Shown here: positions 1 to 9,590 of the stretch, piece after piece | Layout of the letters: each line of letters opens with the position of its first letter | How positions within the stretch are numbered: the first letter of the stretch is position 1 | IMG/VR virus record: IMGVR_UViG_3300030380_006483 | Length of the DNA: 64,000 nt | Source: a virus | Strand: one strand, 5' to 3' | Notes under the pieces: generated by a model | What the model saw: the letters and a program-made list of their open reading frames with translations, nothing else | Database searches by the model: none | What the model was told of the DNA's origin: nothing | Made by a program: the position numbers and the translations under genes

Positions 1-1
1 T

Positions 2-748
2 GGAAATTTATGGGTATGGCAAATACCAGATTACTCTAAAGATTATATAGTAGTAGCAGATGTTGCTAGAGGTGATGGTAATGATTTTTCAGCATTCCAT
101 GTATTTGATATAGAAGAAGCAACACAAGTAGCTGAATTTAAGGCTCAAGTTCAAACAAAGGATTATGGTAATTTATTATTTGCTGTAGCTACAGAATACA
201 ATGATGCTTTACTTGTAGTAGAAAATGCAAACATAGGTTGGGCTGTAATCCAACAATTAATAGATAGAGGTTATAGAAATTTATATTATTCTCCTAAAAT
301 GGATGTGTCAATGACTAATGCTGACCAATATCTTTCTAGGTTTGAAAATGGACAAGGTATGGTTCCTGGATTTACTACATCAATGAAGACAAGACCACTT
401 GTAGTCTCCAAAATGGTTTCGTATCTTCACGACAAATCTGTTACTCTTCGTTCTAAAAGATTATTAGAAGAACTAAGAACGTTTGTGTGGAAAAATGGTA
501 AAGCACAAGCATTATCAGGTTATAATGATGATTTAACTATGGCATTAGGAATAGGAATGTTTTTACGAGACACAGCTTTACACTTTAGGCAACAGGGTGT
601 AGATATGGCAAGAGCGGCACTAGGAGGAATACACTCAACAAATCATCAAGCACCTAATATTTACCAAGGTGGAAAACCAAACATAAACCCATACGAAATG
701 GAAAATCCATATGGAGATAAAGAAGATATCTCTTGGTTATTGGGTTAA
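2..748 (+). CDS. terL: Terminase large subunit, C-terminal nuclease domain (5' truncated by window edge)
   Basis: Frame from base 2 is open into the listed 299..748 ORF: GNLWVWQIPDYSKDYIVVADVARGDGNDFSAFHVFD...VVENANIG...GYNDDLTMALGI. These are RNase H-like terminase nuclease motifs, directly upstream of the portal. Confidence 0.92.
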   Translation, partial: GNLWVWQIPDYSKDYIVVADVARGDGNDFSAFHVFDIEEATQVAEFKAQVQTKDYGNLLFAVATEYNDALLVVENANIGWAVIQQLIDRGYRNLYYSPKMDVSMTNADQYLSRFENGQGMVPGFTTSMKTRPLVVSKMVSYLHDKSVTLRSKRLLEELRTFVWKNGKAQALSGYNDDLTMALGIGMFLRDTALHFRQQGVDMARAALGGIHSTNHQAPNIYQGGKPNINPYEMENPYGDKEDISWLLG

Positions 749-772
749 TATTTATTATATATACTAGACACG

Positions 773-2698
773 ATGGCAGACACTTCATTATTTGGTAGAC
801 TAAGAAGATTATTTTCTACAGATGTAGTAATAAGAAACGTTGGGGGGAATCAACTTAAAGTAATAGATTCTAACCAAATACAATCCTTAGGTCAACTACA
901 AACAAACTCACTATACGATAGATTTAATAAGTTGTATAGCACTACAGGGGGGCTGAATTATAATACAATGCAGCAAACTAATTTCCCTTCTACTAGAATT
1001 CAATTATACACAGACTATGAATCAATGGATACTGATTCTATTGTTGCTTCTGCATTAGATATAGTATCTGATGAATCTTGTTTAAGAAATGATATGGGCG
1101 AAGTACTACAAATTCGTTCAGCTGATGAAACAATACAAAAAATATTATATAATTTATTTTATGATGTACTGAATATAGAATTTAATCTATGGTCTTGGAC
1201 ACGTAATATGTTAAAATATGGAGACTTTTATCTAAAATTAGAAATATCAGAAAAATTTGGTGTATTTAATGTAATTCCATTTTCTTCTTATACTATTATG
1301 AGAATGGAGGGTGCAGATCCAGCTAATCCGGCTGACGTAAAATTTAAATATGATCCTAGTTATTCAGTATCTGAAAGTCCATTAGGATTTCAACAAATAT
1401 CACCCGGAGTAGGTGTTAATACTGGTGAGGAAGTAGTGTTTGATAATTATGAAATGGCCCATTTTAGACTATTATCTGATTTTAATTACTTACCTTATGG
1501 TAGATCATATCTTGAACCAGGAAGAAAAATTTGGAAACAAATGACATTGATGGAAGACGCAATGTTAATCCATAGAATAGTTAGAGCACCAGAAAAAAGA
1601 ACTTTCTTTGTAAATGTTGGAAATATACCACCTAATGAAGTAGAAACTTATATGCAAAGAATGATCAATAAAATGAAAAAAACACCTTATGTTGATCCAA
1701 ATACAGGTGATTATAATTTAAAATTCAACATGCAAAACATATTGGAAGATTTTTATATTCCTGTAAGAGGTGGAGATGCAACAACTAGAATTGAAACAAC
1801 AAAAGGTTTAGATTATGCTGCTATTGAAGATGTAACTTATTTAAGAGATAAATTATTCTCTGCACTTAAAGTTCCAAAAGCTTATTTAGGGTATGAAGCT
1901 GATTTAGAGGGTAAAGCAACACTAGCTGCTGAAGATATTAGATTTGCTAGAACAGTTGAAAGAATTCAAAAAATATTAATATCTGAATTAACTAAAATTG
2001 CATTAGTACATTTATATGCACAAGGATATGATGATTCTGCATTAACTAATTTTGAATTATCATTAACTACACCTTCTATTATATATGACCAGGAAAGAAC
2101 GGCATTGTTAAAAGAAAAAGTTGACTTAGCTCAACAAATGATGGATACTAAGTTAATGCCTACAGATTGGATATATGATAATATCTTCCATTTTAGTGAA
2201 GATCAATATCAAGAATATAGAGATCTAATTATTGAAGATCAAAAACGTAAATTTAGAGAGGCACAAATTGAAACAGAAGGAAACGACCCTGCTGAATCAG
2301 GTGAAGCATATGGTACACCTCATTCATTAGCTTCATTATATGGTGCTGGAAGATATCCGGGAAGCAAAGGAGTTCCTACAGGGTATAGTATTAATGACCC
2401 AGAATACCCAGAACAAGCATTAGATCAGGGAAGACCGGCGGATTCTGTATCTGATTATGGTACACAAGATAGTAATTTAGGTAAAGATCCTCTTGGTTCT
2501 AATAGAATGACAGCAAAATCAGGAGAAGAAGAAAGACCAGGATTATCTAACGCAGGAATGGCTTTAGAAAATTTAAATACTAAATCAATATTTGCTCAAA
2601 ATGAAAAAATGTTGAAAGGTATGTTTAAACAAAAAGTTAATTTGTTTGAAGGAGAAAACCTCTTGGATGAAGATAATATTCGTGAGGAAGTTGAATAA
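773..2698 (+). CDS. gp20: Portal protein, T4 gp20-like, with acidic C-terminal extension
   Basis: YGRSYLEPGRKIWKQMTLMEDAMLIHRIVRAPEKRTFFVNVGNIP, EDFYIPVRGG and YLRDKLFSALKVPKAYL are gp20-family motifs; gene follows terminase. Confidence 0.95.
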   Translation: MADTSLFGRLRRLFSTDVVIRNVGGNQLKVIDSNQIQSLGQLQTNSLYDRFNKLYSTTGGLNYNTMQQTNFPSTRIQLYTDYESMDTDSIVASALDIVSDESCLRNDMGEVLQIRSADETIQKILYNLFYDVLNIEFNLWSWTRNMLKYGDFYLKLEISEKFGVFNVIPFSSYTIMRMEGADPANPADVKFKYDPSYSVSESPLGFQQISPGVGVNTGEEVVFDNYEMAHFRLLSDFNYLPYGRSYLEPGRKIWKQMTLMEDAMLIHRIVRAPEKRTFFVNVGNIPPNEVETYMQRMINKMKKTPYVDPNTGDYNLKFNMQNILEDFYIPVRGGDATTRIETTKGLDYAAIEDVTYLRDKLFSALKVPKAYLGYEADLEGKATLAAEDIRFARTVERIQKILISELTKIALVHLYAQGYDDSALTNFELSLTTPSIIYDQERTALLKEKVDLAQQMMDTKLMPTDWIYDNIFHFSEDQYQEYRDLIIEDQKRKFREAQIETEGNDPAESGEAYGTPHSLASLYGAGRYPGSKGVPTGYSINDPEYPEQALDQGRPADSVSDYGTQDSNLGKDPLGSNRMTAKSGEEERPGLSNAGMALENLNTKSIFAQNEKMLKGMFKQKVNLFEGENLLDEDNIREEVE

Positions 2699-2730
2699 TT
2701 TTAATATTTATTGACAGTAGCGCACTACTT

Positions 2731-3579
2731 ATGAAAGTAAAACACAACAAGTACAAGAATACTGGTATTCTGTTTGAACTTCTAGTAAGGAAGATTACTT
2801 CCGATGCTATGAATAACAGCAACTCTAAGGCAGCATCTTTAGTAAAAAAATATTTTACTAAAAGTGAACTAGCCAATGAAAATAAACTATACCAGACAAT
2901 AAACAATTCAATATCATTATCAGAAGGTAAAGCTGAATCAGTATTATCTACAATACTTGATTTATCTAGAAAATTAGATAAGGATAAATTATCAAAAGAG
3001 AAATATAACCTTATTAAAGAAATAAAAGAAAACTTTGATATGGTTGATTTTTTCCAAGCTAAAATTAAAAGTTATAAACTTTTAGCATCAACATATATTC
3101 TTTTAGAATCACATAATAATAGAAAATTTGCAAATCCCGAATCTATTATTACATCAAAAATTACTATTTTAGAGCATATTACTTCAAATCCTGATACTAA
3201 AATATCTTTAACACCTTTAGTTGAAGATTTAATGAAATTAGATAAAGGAACACGTGCGCTTACTTATAAATTAATGCTTGAAAAATATAATACTAAATTT
3301 GATGATTTAACTACTGATCAAAAAGAAGTATTAAAAGAATACATAAATAGTGCTGCAGATGCCCCAAAACTTAAAGAATTTTTAAATTCTAAATTTGAAG
3401 CAATATCTACTATATTAAGAGAAAATATAGATAAAATAACTGAACCTGCACTTAAAATTAAAATCCAAGAAGTTATAAACCTTATTGAACCTATTTTAGA
3501 ATCTAGAAAGATAAAAGATGATCACCTTGTAGCGCTACTACAATATCTTGAACTTTCTAAGGAAATAAAGGCAGTATGA
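2731..3579 (+). CDS. Hypothetical helical protein in head module
   Basis: 282 aa ORF between portal and prohead protease, preceded by the ATATTTAT motif; no family recognised. Confidence 0.6.
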   Translation: MKVKHNKYKNTGILFELLVRKITSDAMNNSNSKAASLVKKYFTKSELANENKLYQTINNSISLSEGKAESVLSTILDLSRKLDKDKLSKEKYNLIKEIKENFDMVDFFQAKIKSYKLLASTYILLESHNNRKFANPESIITSKITILEHITSNPDTKISLTPLVEDLMKLDKGTRALTYKLMLEKYNTKFDDLTTDQKEVLKEYINSAADAPKLKEFLNSKFEAISTILRENIDKITEPALKIKIQEVINLIEPILESRKIKDDHLVALLQYLELSKEIKAV

Positions 3580-4655
3580 CAAAAATTAGGATAAAAGGAT
3601 TAAATAAAGAAATGAGCACCACAGGAACTGGTGCTTCCTTTGCACCTGGTACGGGTGCGCAATATGCTTCACCTAAATCATTCAAAAAAAAAGATGAAAT
3701 AGGAGAACCATTCACTAAACCTAATTCTTCTGTTCCTAATAGAAAATCTAAATTTATAGATTACAAGCAATTATTTGAAAAAGCTAAAAAAGCAATAAAA
3801 TTTAACCCTATTGATGATTTTACAGATTCACAAGCATGGGCTGGTGATAACACTGGGTATGATATGGACACTCAGGATGCTGCTTCAGTATTAGAATTAG
3901 CTAAAACATCTAAGGACGGTGAATTTAAAGTAGGTGATGTTCAAATTGAAAAGGGAACTAGATATGTTGTAACAGATGTAGACCCAGTTACAGGTGGAAT
4001 TTCTTGGGATGTAGAAAATGTACCCGCTTTTGATTCAGTATATAAAGAATTTGATGAATTAAGAAAGGCAATAGCAACTTTAGATAGAAAAACTGATGAT
4101 ACCGTTGTAGATGATATAGCTACTAAAATTAAAGCTGAGTTTAATAGATATAGAACTCATATTAGAAAAAATTATCCTGATGAATACAAAAGATTCCAGA
4201 CCAATGAAAATATAAATGAAGCAAGTGGAGGACCATCAAGAAGTATTCTTATAAAATTAATTCATGATATAGGAGCACAAAGATTTGCTGATATTATTGC
4301 TGATTTAAGAGATGAAAATTTACAGGATCAAATAGTAGCAGCATTTGGTCTATATAAAGATGAAGAAGGATCAGAATTTATGAAACCTGATATATTAAGG
4401 GAAGCAAGATATTCACAATTTAAAAAAGAATCACAATTCCGTACACCAACCCAACAATTACATATAGCTGTGCGTGAAATTAGACGTAAAATAGATGAAA
4501 TGTCTAAAGTAGTATCATTTACAGAGAGAATGAGAACTGAATTAAAATCAAGTAATGAAGGTATGACTTATTTAAATCGTACACGTAATGCTATATCAAA
4601 AATTAATGAAAAATTACAAGATTTAAATAACAGAATTAAAGGATTAACCGAGTAG
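3576..4655 (+). CDS. Probable prohead core/internal head protein with capsid N-arm-like peptide
   Basis: Head-module position; residues 12-31 match MCP residues 61-80 at 15/20; several [LI]xE motifs (LFEK, INEA, LREA). Confidence 0.5.
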   Translation: MTKIRIKGLNKEMSTTGTGASFAPGTGAQYASPKSFKKKDEIGEPFTKPNSSVPNRKSKFIDYKQLFEKAKKAIKFNPIDDFTDSQAWAGDNTGYDMDTQDAASVLELAKTSKDGEFKVGDVQIEKGTRYVVTDVDPVTGGISWDVENVPAFDSVYKEFDELRKAIATLDRKTDDTVVDDIATKIKAEFNRYRTHIRKNYPDEYKRFQTNENINEASGGPSRSILIKLIHDIGAQRFADIIADLRDENLQDQIVAAFGLYKDEEGSEFMKPDILREARYSQFKKESQFRTPTQQLHIAVREIRRKIDEMSKVVSFTERMRTELKSSNEGMTYLNRTRNAISKINEKLQDLNNRIKGLTE

Positions 4656-4688
4656 TACAGAGGACAAAGACGATAAATATTTATATAC

Positions 4689-5855
4689 ATGACAACACAA
4701 GAACTATATAACAAGGTATTAGCTGAGGAGGTAACACAGCAAAAATTCTTATACGAAGTTCGTAGAGATATAAATTTACCTTTCATAACTTCAAGCAATA
4801 ATTTCAAAGATACTGTACAGATCTTAAAGAATAAAGGCATAATATCTGAAAAAAAATTATCAACTGGTAAACAAGATGTTGAAATTTACGCTAAAACTAT
4901 TGATATGGTTAATCCATATGAGTATAGTAGGGGTATGAATTTTGAATTAGGTGTTGTTATGGACGCAATAGGAAATAGAATTTCTGATAATGCCGGTGAT
5001 AGTATGCACATTGAAGATCTTACTAAAGATGACGTATTAAAGGCACAGAAAAAAGTATTAAAAAATCTTACTAAAAACCCTCAATACTATCAACAAAAGT
5101 TAATCCCACAAATGGAAGGTGAAACTGAACACCCAGTTGAAGTAAATGCTAAATCAATAGAGGCCTTAAAAAAAAAAGCAGGGAAAGTAATTCGTGAACA
5201 TGGTGAAGATTATGAGAAAGTATCCAAAGTTATGGGTAGTATTTCTCCCTTAGAAGAGGATAGCTATACTCTTACTGGTAAAGAATCAGAAACTTTTAAA
5301 GAAAAAGTAAAAAAATTTACAAGAGCTAAAAGTTATGCAGAAGAACTTGTAGCTTTAAAGGAATTAGATAAGTTATATGCTCAGTTAGATTTAAAAAAGA
5401 TGGATGTAAATGACTATGAAGAAATAGTAACTGATCCTCAATTAAAACTTGATTTAGACGAATTTAAAACTTCGGAAACAAATACTGATTACATATTGGC
5501 TTTACAGGCTTGGAAACAAACCGGAAGTGATATAGCTTATAGAAACTTAGTAAAAGCTTCTAAAGCTAATAATATGCCATTACCCCCACCAAAAAGTGAA
5601 ATGAATCCATTAAGAGAATATGGAACTGGAATTGGTAAAGAAGAGCAAATTGCAGCTAAAGAAATAGCAGCTAAACGTGAACAGATTTATAAAAAATATG
5701 CCGAAGAATATAATGTGGATGTTAATGAAATTAAAGATAGATTAGAAGCATATAAAATATCCCAAGAAGAAGCTATTGAGGTTGAAGATGAAGATACAGC
5801 AATATCAGTACAAAAAAAATCACCTAACGCTGACGTAAGAATAATCGGAAAATAA
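4689..5855 (+). CDS. Hypothetical acidic protein, probable internal head/prohead core protein
   Basis: 388 aa ORF whose stop overlaps the protease start (TAATG); contains IREH, LEED and LREY motifs. Confidence 0.5.
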   Translation: MTTQELYNKVLAEEVTQQKFLYEVRRDINLPFITSSNNFKDTVQILKNKGIISEKKLSTGKQDVEIYAKTIDMVNPYEYSRGMNFELGVVMDAIGNRISDNAGDSMHIEDLTKDDVLKAQKKVLKNLTKNPQYYQQKLIPQMEGETEHPVEVNAKSIEALKKKAGKVIREHGEDYEKVSKVMGSISPLEEDSYTLTGKESETFKEKVKKFTRAKSYAEELVALKELDKLYAQLDLKKMDVNDYEEIVTDPQLKLDLDEFKTSETNTDYILALQAWKQTGSDIAYRNLVKASKANNMPLPPPKSEMNPLREYGTGIGKEEQIAAKEIAAKREQIYKKYAEEYNVDVNEIKDRLEAYKISQEEAIEVEDEDTAISVQKKSPNADVRIIGK

Positions 5856-6472
5856 TGGCTCAAACACTATTAATAGAGTATTCGGTATTTACTCCAAAGA
5901 ATACCCAAATTACTGAAGGTATTTCGGGTAATAAAAATATGATTGTTAACGGTGTCGTTCAACGTGCCGAAGAATTCAATCACAATGGTAGAAGATATCC
6001 ATTTGAAATTTTAAAAAGAGAAGTAGATAAATATATTGAAGGCCCTATTAGAGAAAATAGAGCTTTAGGTGAATTAGACCATCCAGAATCATCTGTAATT
6101 AATTTAAAAAATGCTTCTCATAATATAAAAGAATTATATTTTGAAGGAAATGATTTAATGGGTAGTATAGAAATTTTACCTACTCCTTCAGGTAATATCT
6201 TAAAAGAATTATTTAAAAATAATATTACGGTTGGAATTTCTTCTAGAGGTATGGGTTCTGTAAAACCTTTAGGTGAAGGTAAGGTAGAAGTAGAAGATGA
6301 TTTTGAATTATTATGTTGGGATTTTGTATCAACACCATCTACACATGGGGCTTTTGTAAAACCCGTAGGGTTAAACGAAGGACGAAATCATAATTCTAAT
6401 CCATATATTAAATTAAACAAAATTATATCTGATATTATTTGTACTCAATCAGGTATTTGTTGTTTAAAATAA
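5855..6472 (+). CDS. gp21: Prohead core protease, T4 gp21-like
   Basis: NHNGRRYP, RALGELDHP, GISSRGMGS and WDFVSTPSTHGA are gp21 (U9) motifs. Confidence 0.95.
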   Translation: MAQTLLIEYSVFTPKNTQITEGISGNKNMIVNGVVQRAEEFNHNGRRYPFEILKREVDKYIEGPIRENRALGELDHPESSVINLKNASHNIKELYFEGNDLMGSIEILPTPSGNILKELFKNNITVGISSRGMGSVKPLGEGKVEVEDDFELLCWDFVSTPSTHGAFVKPVGLNEGRNHNSNPYIKLNKIISDIICTQSGICCLK

Positions 6473-6521
6473 AAACCCATTTTTGTTTTTATCCTCCTTA
6501 TATATTTATCTATGATAAGAT

Positions 6522-6583
6522 AGATATTCCCAATAATATCTCACTCTAATAAAACACACTTATATTACTTCCTAATAAGTAAT
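6522..6583 (+). promoter_or_regulatory. Two 7-bp hairpins with CCYAAU loops in the scaffold/capsid leader
   Basis: AGATATT-cccaat-AATATCT (6522-6541) and ATTACTT-cctaat-AAGTAAT (6564-6583), between ATATTTAT (6502) and the ATG (6600). Confidence 0.55.
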
Positions 6584-6599
6584 CCCAAAAATTTTTATA

Positions 6600-7835
6600 A
6601 TGTCAAATACAAAGTTTTTCAACGATGCTATCGCTGAAGCTAAGGCTATTAGAGAAACTGCTCTAGCCAATGCTAAACTTGCATTAGAAGAAGCTTTTAC
6701 TCCACAGATTCAATCTATGTTAGAGAAAAAGCTATCAGAAGAAGCTGATGATATGGATGAAGCTAAAGACATGGACGAGGCGAAAGCTAAGGATATGGAT
6801 GAAGCTAAAGACATGGACGAAGCTAAAAAAGATGTAGATGAAGCAAAAAAGGACATGGACGAAGCAAAATCCAAAGATATGGATGAAGCTAAGGATATGG
6901 ACGAAGCAAAGAAAGACGTTGACGAAGCCAAAAAAGACATGGATGAAGCTAAAAAAGACATGGACGAGAAAAAGGACATGGATGAAGCAAAATCTGATGT
7001 TGATGAGGCTAAGAAAGACGTAGACGAAGCAAAAGTTGACGAGAAAAAGGACATGGAAGAAACCGTAGAAGTATCTGAAGAAGTATCTGAAGAGAAAGAT
7101 ATGGATGAAGACATGTACGAAGAAGGTCAAATCGAAGAAATCGATCTTGACGAATTGCTAGCGGAATTAGAAGCAGCTGAAGAAGGCTATTCTAACGAAG
7201 GTGAAGCAAAAGAAGAAATCGCTGTTGAGGCGCCTGTATCAGAAGAAGAAGTAGCTGAAGAAGCTGCTGCTGATGATGAAGTAGGTGAAATCTCAGTAGA
7301 AGATCTTAAAGACATCATCAAAGACGTAATGGCAGATGTGCTAGGCGGTGGCGGTGGTGAAGACATGGAAGTTGACGTTGATGGAGATGGTGACATAGAT
7401 GTTGCTATTGACGGAGATGACGACGGAGATGTTGAAGTAGAGGATGACATGGCGGAAGCTAAGAAAGATGATAAAATGGATGAAACAAAAGCTGAGTTAA
7501 ATGAAGCTATTAAAGTAATCGAAACTTTAAAATCTGAACTTAACGAAGTTAACTTACTTAACGCTAAACTTCTTTACGTAAATAAATTATTTAGAACAAA
7601 GAACCTTACTGAAACTCAGAAAGTAAAAGTGATTAATTCATTTGATAAAGCTGAATCAGTTAAAGAGGTTAAAAACTTATTTGAAACAATTAAGGATGCA
7701 GTTACTACAACTAAAAAGCCAGTGAACGAATCTAAAGGATTTGCTTCTAAAGCAGCAGGTGTAGCACCAAAAGCCCCAATTGTAGAAAGTGATAACTTTG
7801 TAGCTAGAATGCAAAAGCTAGCAGGAATTATTTAA
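6600..7835 (+). CDS. Prohead scaffolding protein, T4 gp22-like
   Basis: Very acidic, coiled-coil-like protein between protease and MCP; C-terminus resembles gp22-like scaffolds. Confidence 0.85.
   Translation: MSNTKFFNDAIAEAKAIRETALANAKLALEEAFTPQIQSMLEKKLSEEADDMDEAKDMDEAKAKDMDEAKDMDEAKKDVDEAKKDMDEAKSKDMDEAKDMDEAKKDVDEAKKDMDEAKKDMDEKKDMDEAKSDVDEAKKDVDEAKVDEKKDMEETVEVSEEVSEEKDMDEDMYEEGQIEEIDLDELLAELEAAEEGYSNEGEAKEEIAVEAPVSEEEVAEEAAADDEVGEISVEDLKDIIKDVMADVLGGGGGEDMEVDVDGDGDIDVAIDGDDDGDVEVEDDMAEAKKDDKMDETKAELNEAIKVIETLKSELNEVNLLNAKLLYVNKLFRTKNLTETQKVKVINSFDKAESVKEVKNLFETIKDAVTTTKKPVNESKGFASKAAGVAPKAPIVESDNFVARMQKLAGII
6750..7062 (+). repeat. About 15 tandem D[MV]DEAK(K) peptide repeats in the scaffold
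   Basis: Read directly in the translation; imperfect 18-24 bp DNA units with synonymous variation. Confidence 0.95.
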
Positions 7836-7862
7836 TAACCCTAATTTTAAAATAAAATTAAA

Positions 7863-9515
7863 ATGTCAAACGTAGTAAATCAACTATTAGAAACTGCAAA
7901 CCCGTACAAATCAGTACAAAAAGATGCTGCTAAATTAGCGGGTAAGTGGGAAAAATCAGGTTTATTAGAAGGTATTTCTAATGAAACTGATAAGTCTAAC
8001 ATGTCGATCATGTTAGAAAACCAAGCTAAACAACTTGTTGTTGAAGCTAACACTACTGGGACAGGTGCAACATTTACTCCAGGTACAGGTGAACAATACG
8101 CTGCTGTAGCGTTACCACTTGTAAGAAAGGTATTTGGACAAATCGCTGCTAAAGAATTCGTTTCTGTACAGCCAATGTCTTTACCTGCTGGTTTAGTATT
8201 TTACCTAGACTTCCAGTACGGAAATTCAAAAACTCCATTCACTGATGGGGATTCAACGTATGGTGATAGCTATGCGGATGGTCACTTTGGTAATACAAAC
8301 GAAGGTGGTCTTTACGGTGCTGGTAAATTCGGATATTCAATTAACCTATTTTCAGCTTCTGTTGCTGACGCTAACCACACTATATCTTCAGCTTCTTATG
8401 CTGATGTAAACTTTGATGCTGATTTATCAGCTTCAGTAGCTGCCGCTCCAGGTAGAATTACTAAAATTTCTGTTAAAACAGGATCTTTATCAGGTGCTGA
8501 TGTAGACGGAGTAAGAGGATGGAGAGTAACTGGTGCTAACGGAGCACTAGCTGCGATCACAGAGGCTTTAAACTTCCCAGCATTAACTAAGATAAACGGA
8601 GATAGTGTTGAATTCTTTGTAACATCATCAGGTGTTGAAAGTGATGAAGACATTACTGTTTTCTATAACAAGCAAACTGCAGATAACGCAAGAGGTGACT
8701 TCGAAGATGGTGCTGATTACTCTTCTCAGACTGGTACTGGTAGAGCAATTAACATCCCAGAAATTGATGTTCAATTAAGAAGTGAAACTATTGCTGCTAA
8801 AACAAGAAAGTTAAAAGCACAATGGACACCAGAATTCTCTCAGGACTTGAATGCATTCCATTCATTAGATGCTGAAGCAGAATTAACTAACATTTTAAGT
8901 GAGTACATTTCATTAGAAATCGATCTTGAAATTTTAGATATGTTAATTGAAAACGTACCTTCAACTCAGGTGGCTAACTGGTCAGCTAAAGTAGGTAATG
9001 AAATTAACGCAGGTGCCACAGCTTTCACATCTAACACAGATGGTGTATACTATACACAAATGAGCTGGTTCCAAACTCTTGGAATTAAATTACAGAAAAT
9101 CTCTAACTTAATCCACCAGAAAACTTTAAGAGGTGGTGCTAACTTTATGGTTGTTTCTCCAACAGTAGCTACAATATTAGAATCTATTCCAGGATTCGCT
9201 GCTGATACTGACGGGGATGCTGCTAAAATGCAATATGCATTTGGTGTACAGAAAATTGGTGCATTAAACAGCAGATATAAAGTTTACAAGAACCCATACA
9301 TGAAAGAAAACACGATCTTGATGGGATTCAGAGGTAATCAATTCCTAGAAAGTGGTGCTGTATATGCTCCATATATTCCATTAATCATGACACCATTAGT
9401 GTATGATCCTAATACTTTCACTCCAAGAAAAGGTATTATGACTAGATACGCTAAGAAAATGGTAAGACCTGAATTCTATGGAAAAGTACATGTTGCAGAC
9501 TTAAACATAATTTAA
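7863..9515 (+). CDS. gp23: Major capsid protein, T4 gp23-like
   Basis: FVSVQPMSLPAGLVFYLDF, AKTRKLKAQWTPEFSQDLNAFHSLDAEAELTNILSEYISLEIDLEI and YAPYIPL...FTPRKGIMTRY motifs. Confidence 0.97.
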   Translation: MSNVVNQLLETANPYKSVQKDAAKLAGKWEKSGLLEGISNETDKSNMSIMLENQAKQLVVEANTTGTGATFTPGTGEQYAAVALPLVRKVFGQIAAKEFVSVQPMSLPAGLVFYLDFQYGNSKTPFTDGDSTYGDSYADGHFGNTNEGGLYGAGKFGYSINLFSASVADANHTISSASYADVNFDADLSASVAAAPGRITKISVKTGSLSGADVDGVRGWRVTGANGALAAITEALNFPALTKINGDSVEFFVTSSGVESDEDITVFYNKQTADNARGDFEDGADYSSQTGTGRAINIPEIDVQLRSETIAAKTRKLKAQWTPEFSQDLNAFHSLDAEAELTNILSEYISLEIDLEILDMLIENVPSTQVANWSAKVGNEINAGATAFTSNTDGVYYTQMSWFQTLGIKLQKISNLIHQKTLRGGANFMVVSPTVATILESIPGFAADTDGDAAKMQYAFGVQKIGALNSRYKVYKNPYMKENTILMGFRGNQFLESGAVYAPYIPLIMTPLVYDPNTFTPRKGIMTRYAKKMVRPEFYGKVHVADLNII

Positions 9516-9540
9516 GAATAGCAAATATACTTTAAATTAA

Positions 9541-9568
9541 ATCCCGCCCATAAGGCGGGATTTTTTTT
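9541..9568 (+). terminator. Rho-independent terminator after MCP
   Basis: ATCCCGCC-cataa-GGCGGGAT followed by a T run. Confidence 0.9.
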
Positions 9569-9590
9569 AATATTTATAACAAAATATACT

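Noticed and set aside
2716-2729. AGTAG-cgca-CTACT hairpin just before ATG 2731
   Set aside because: Only 5 bp and a single instance, so it cannot be distinguished from chance without homologs.
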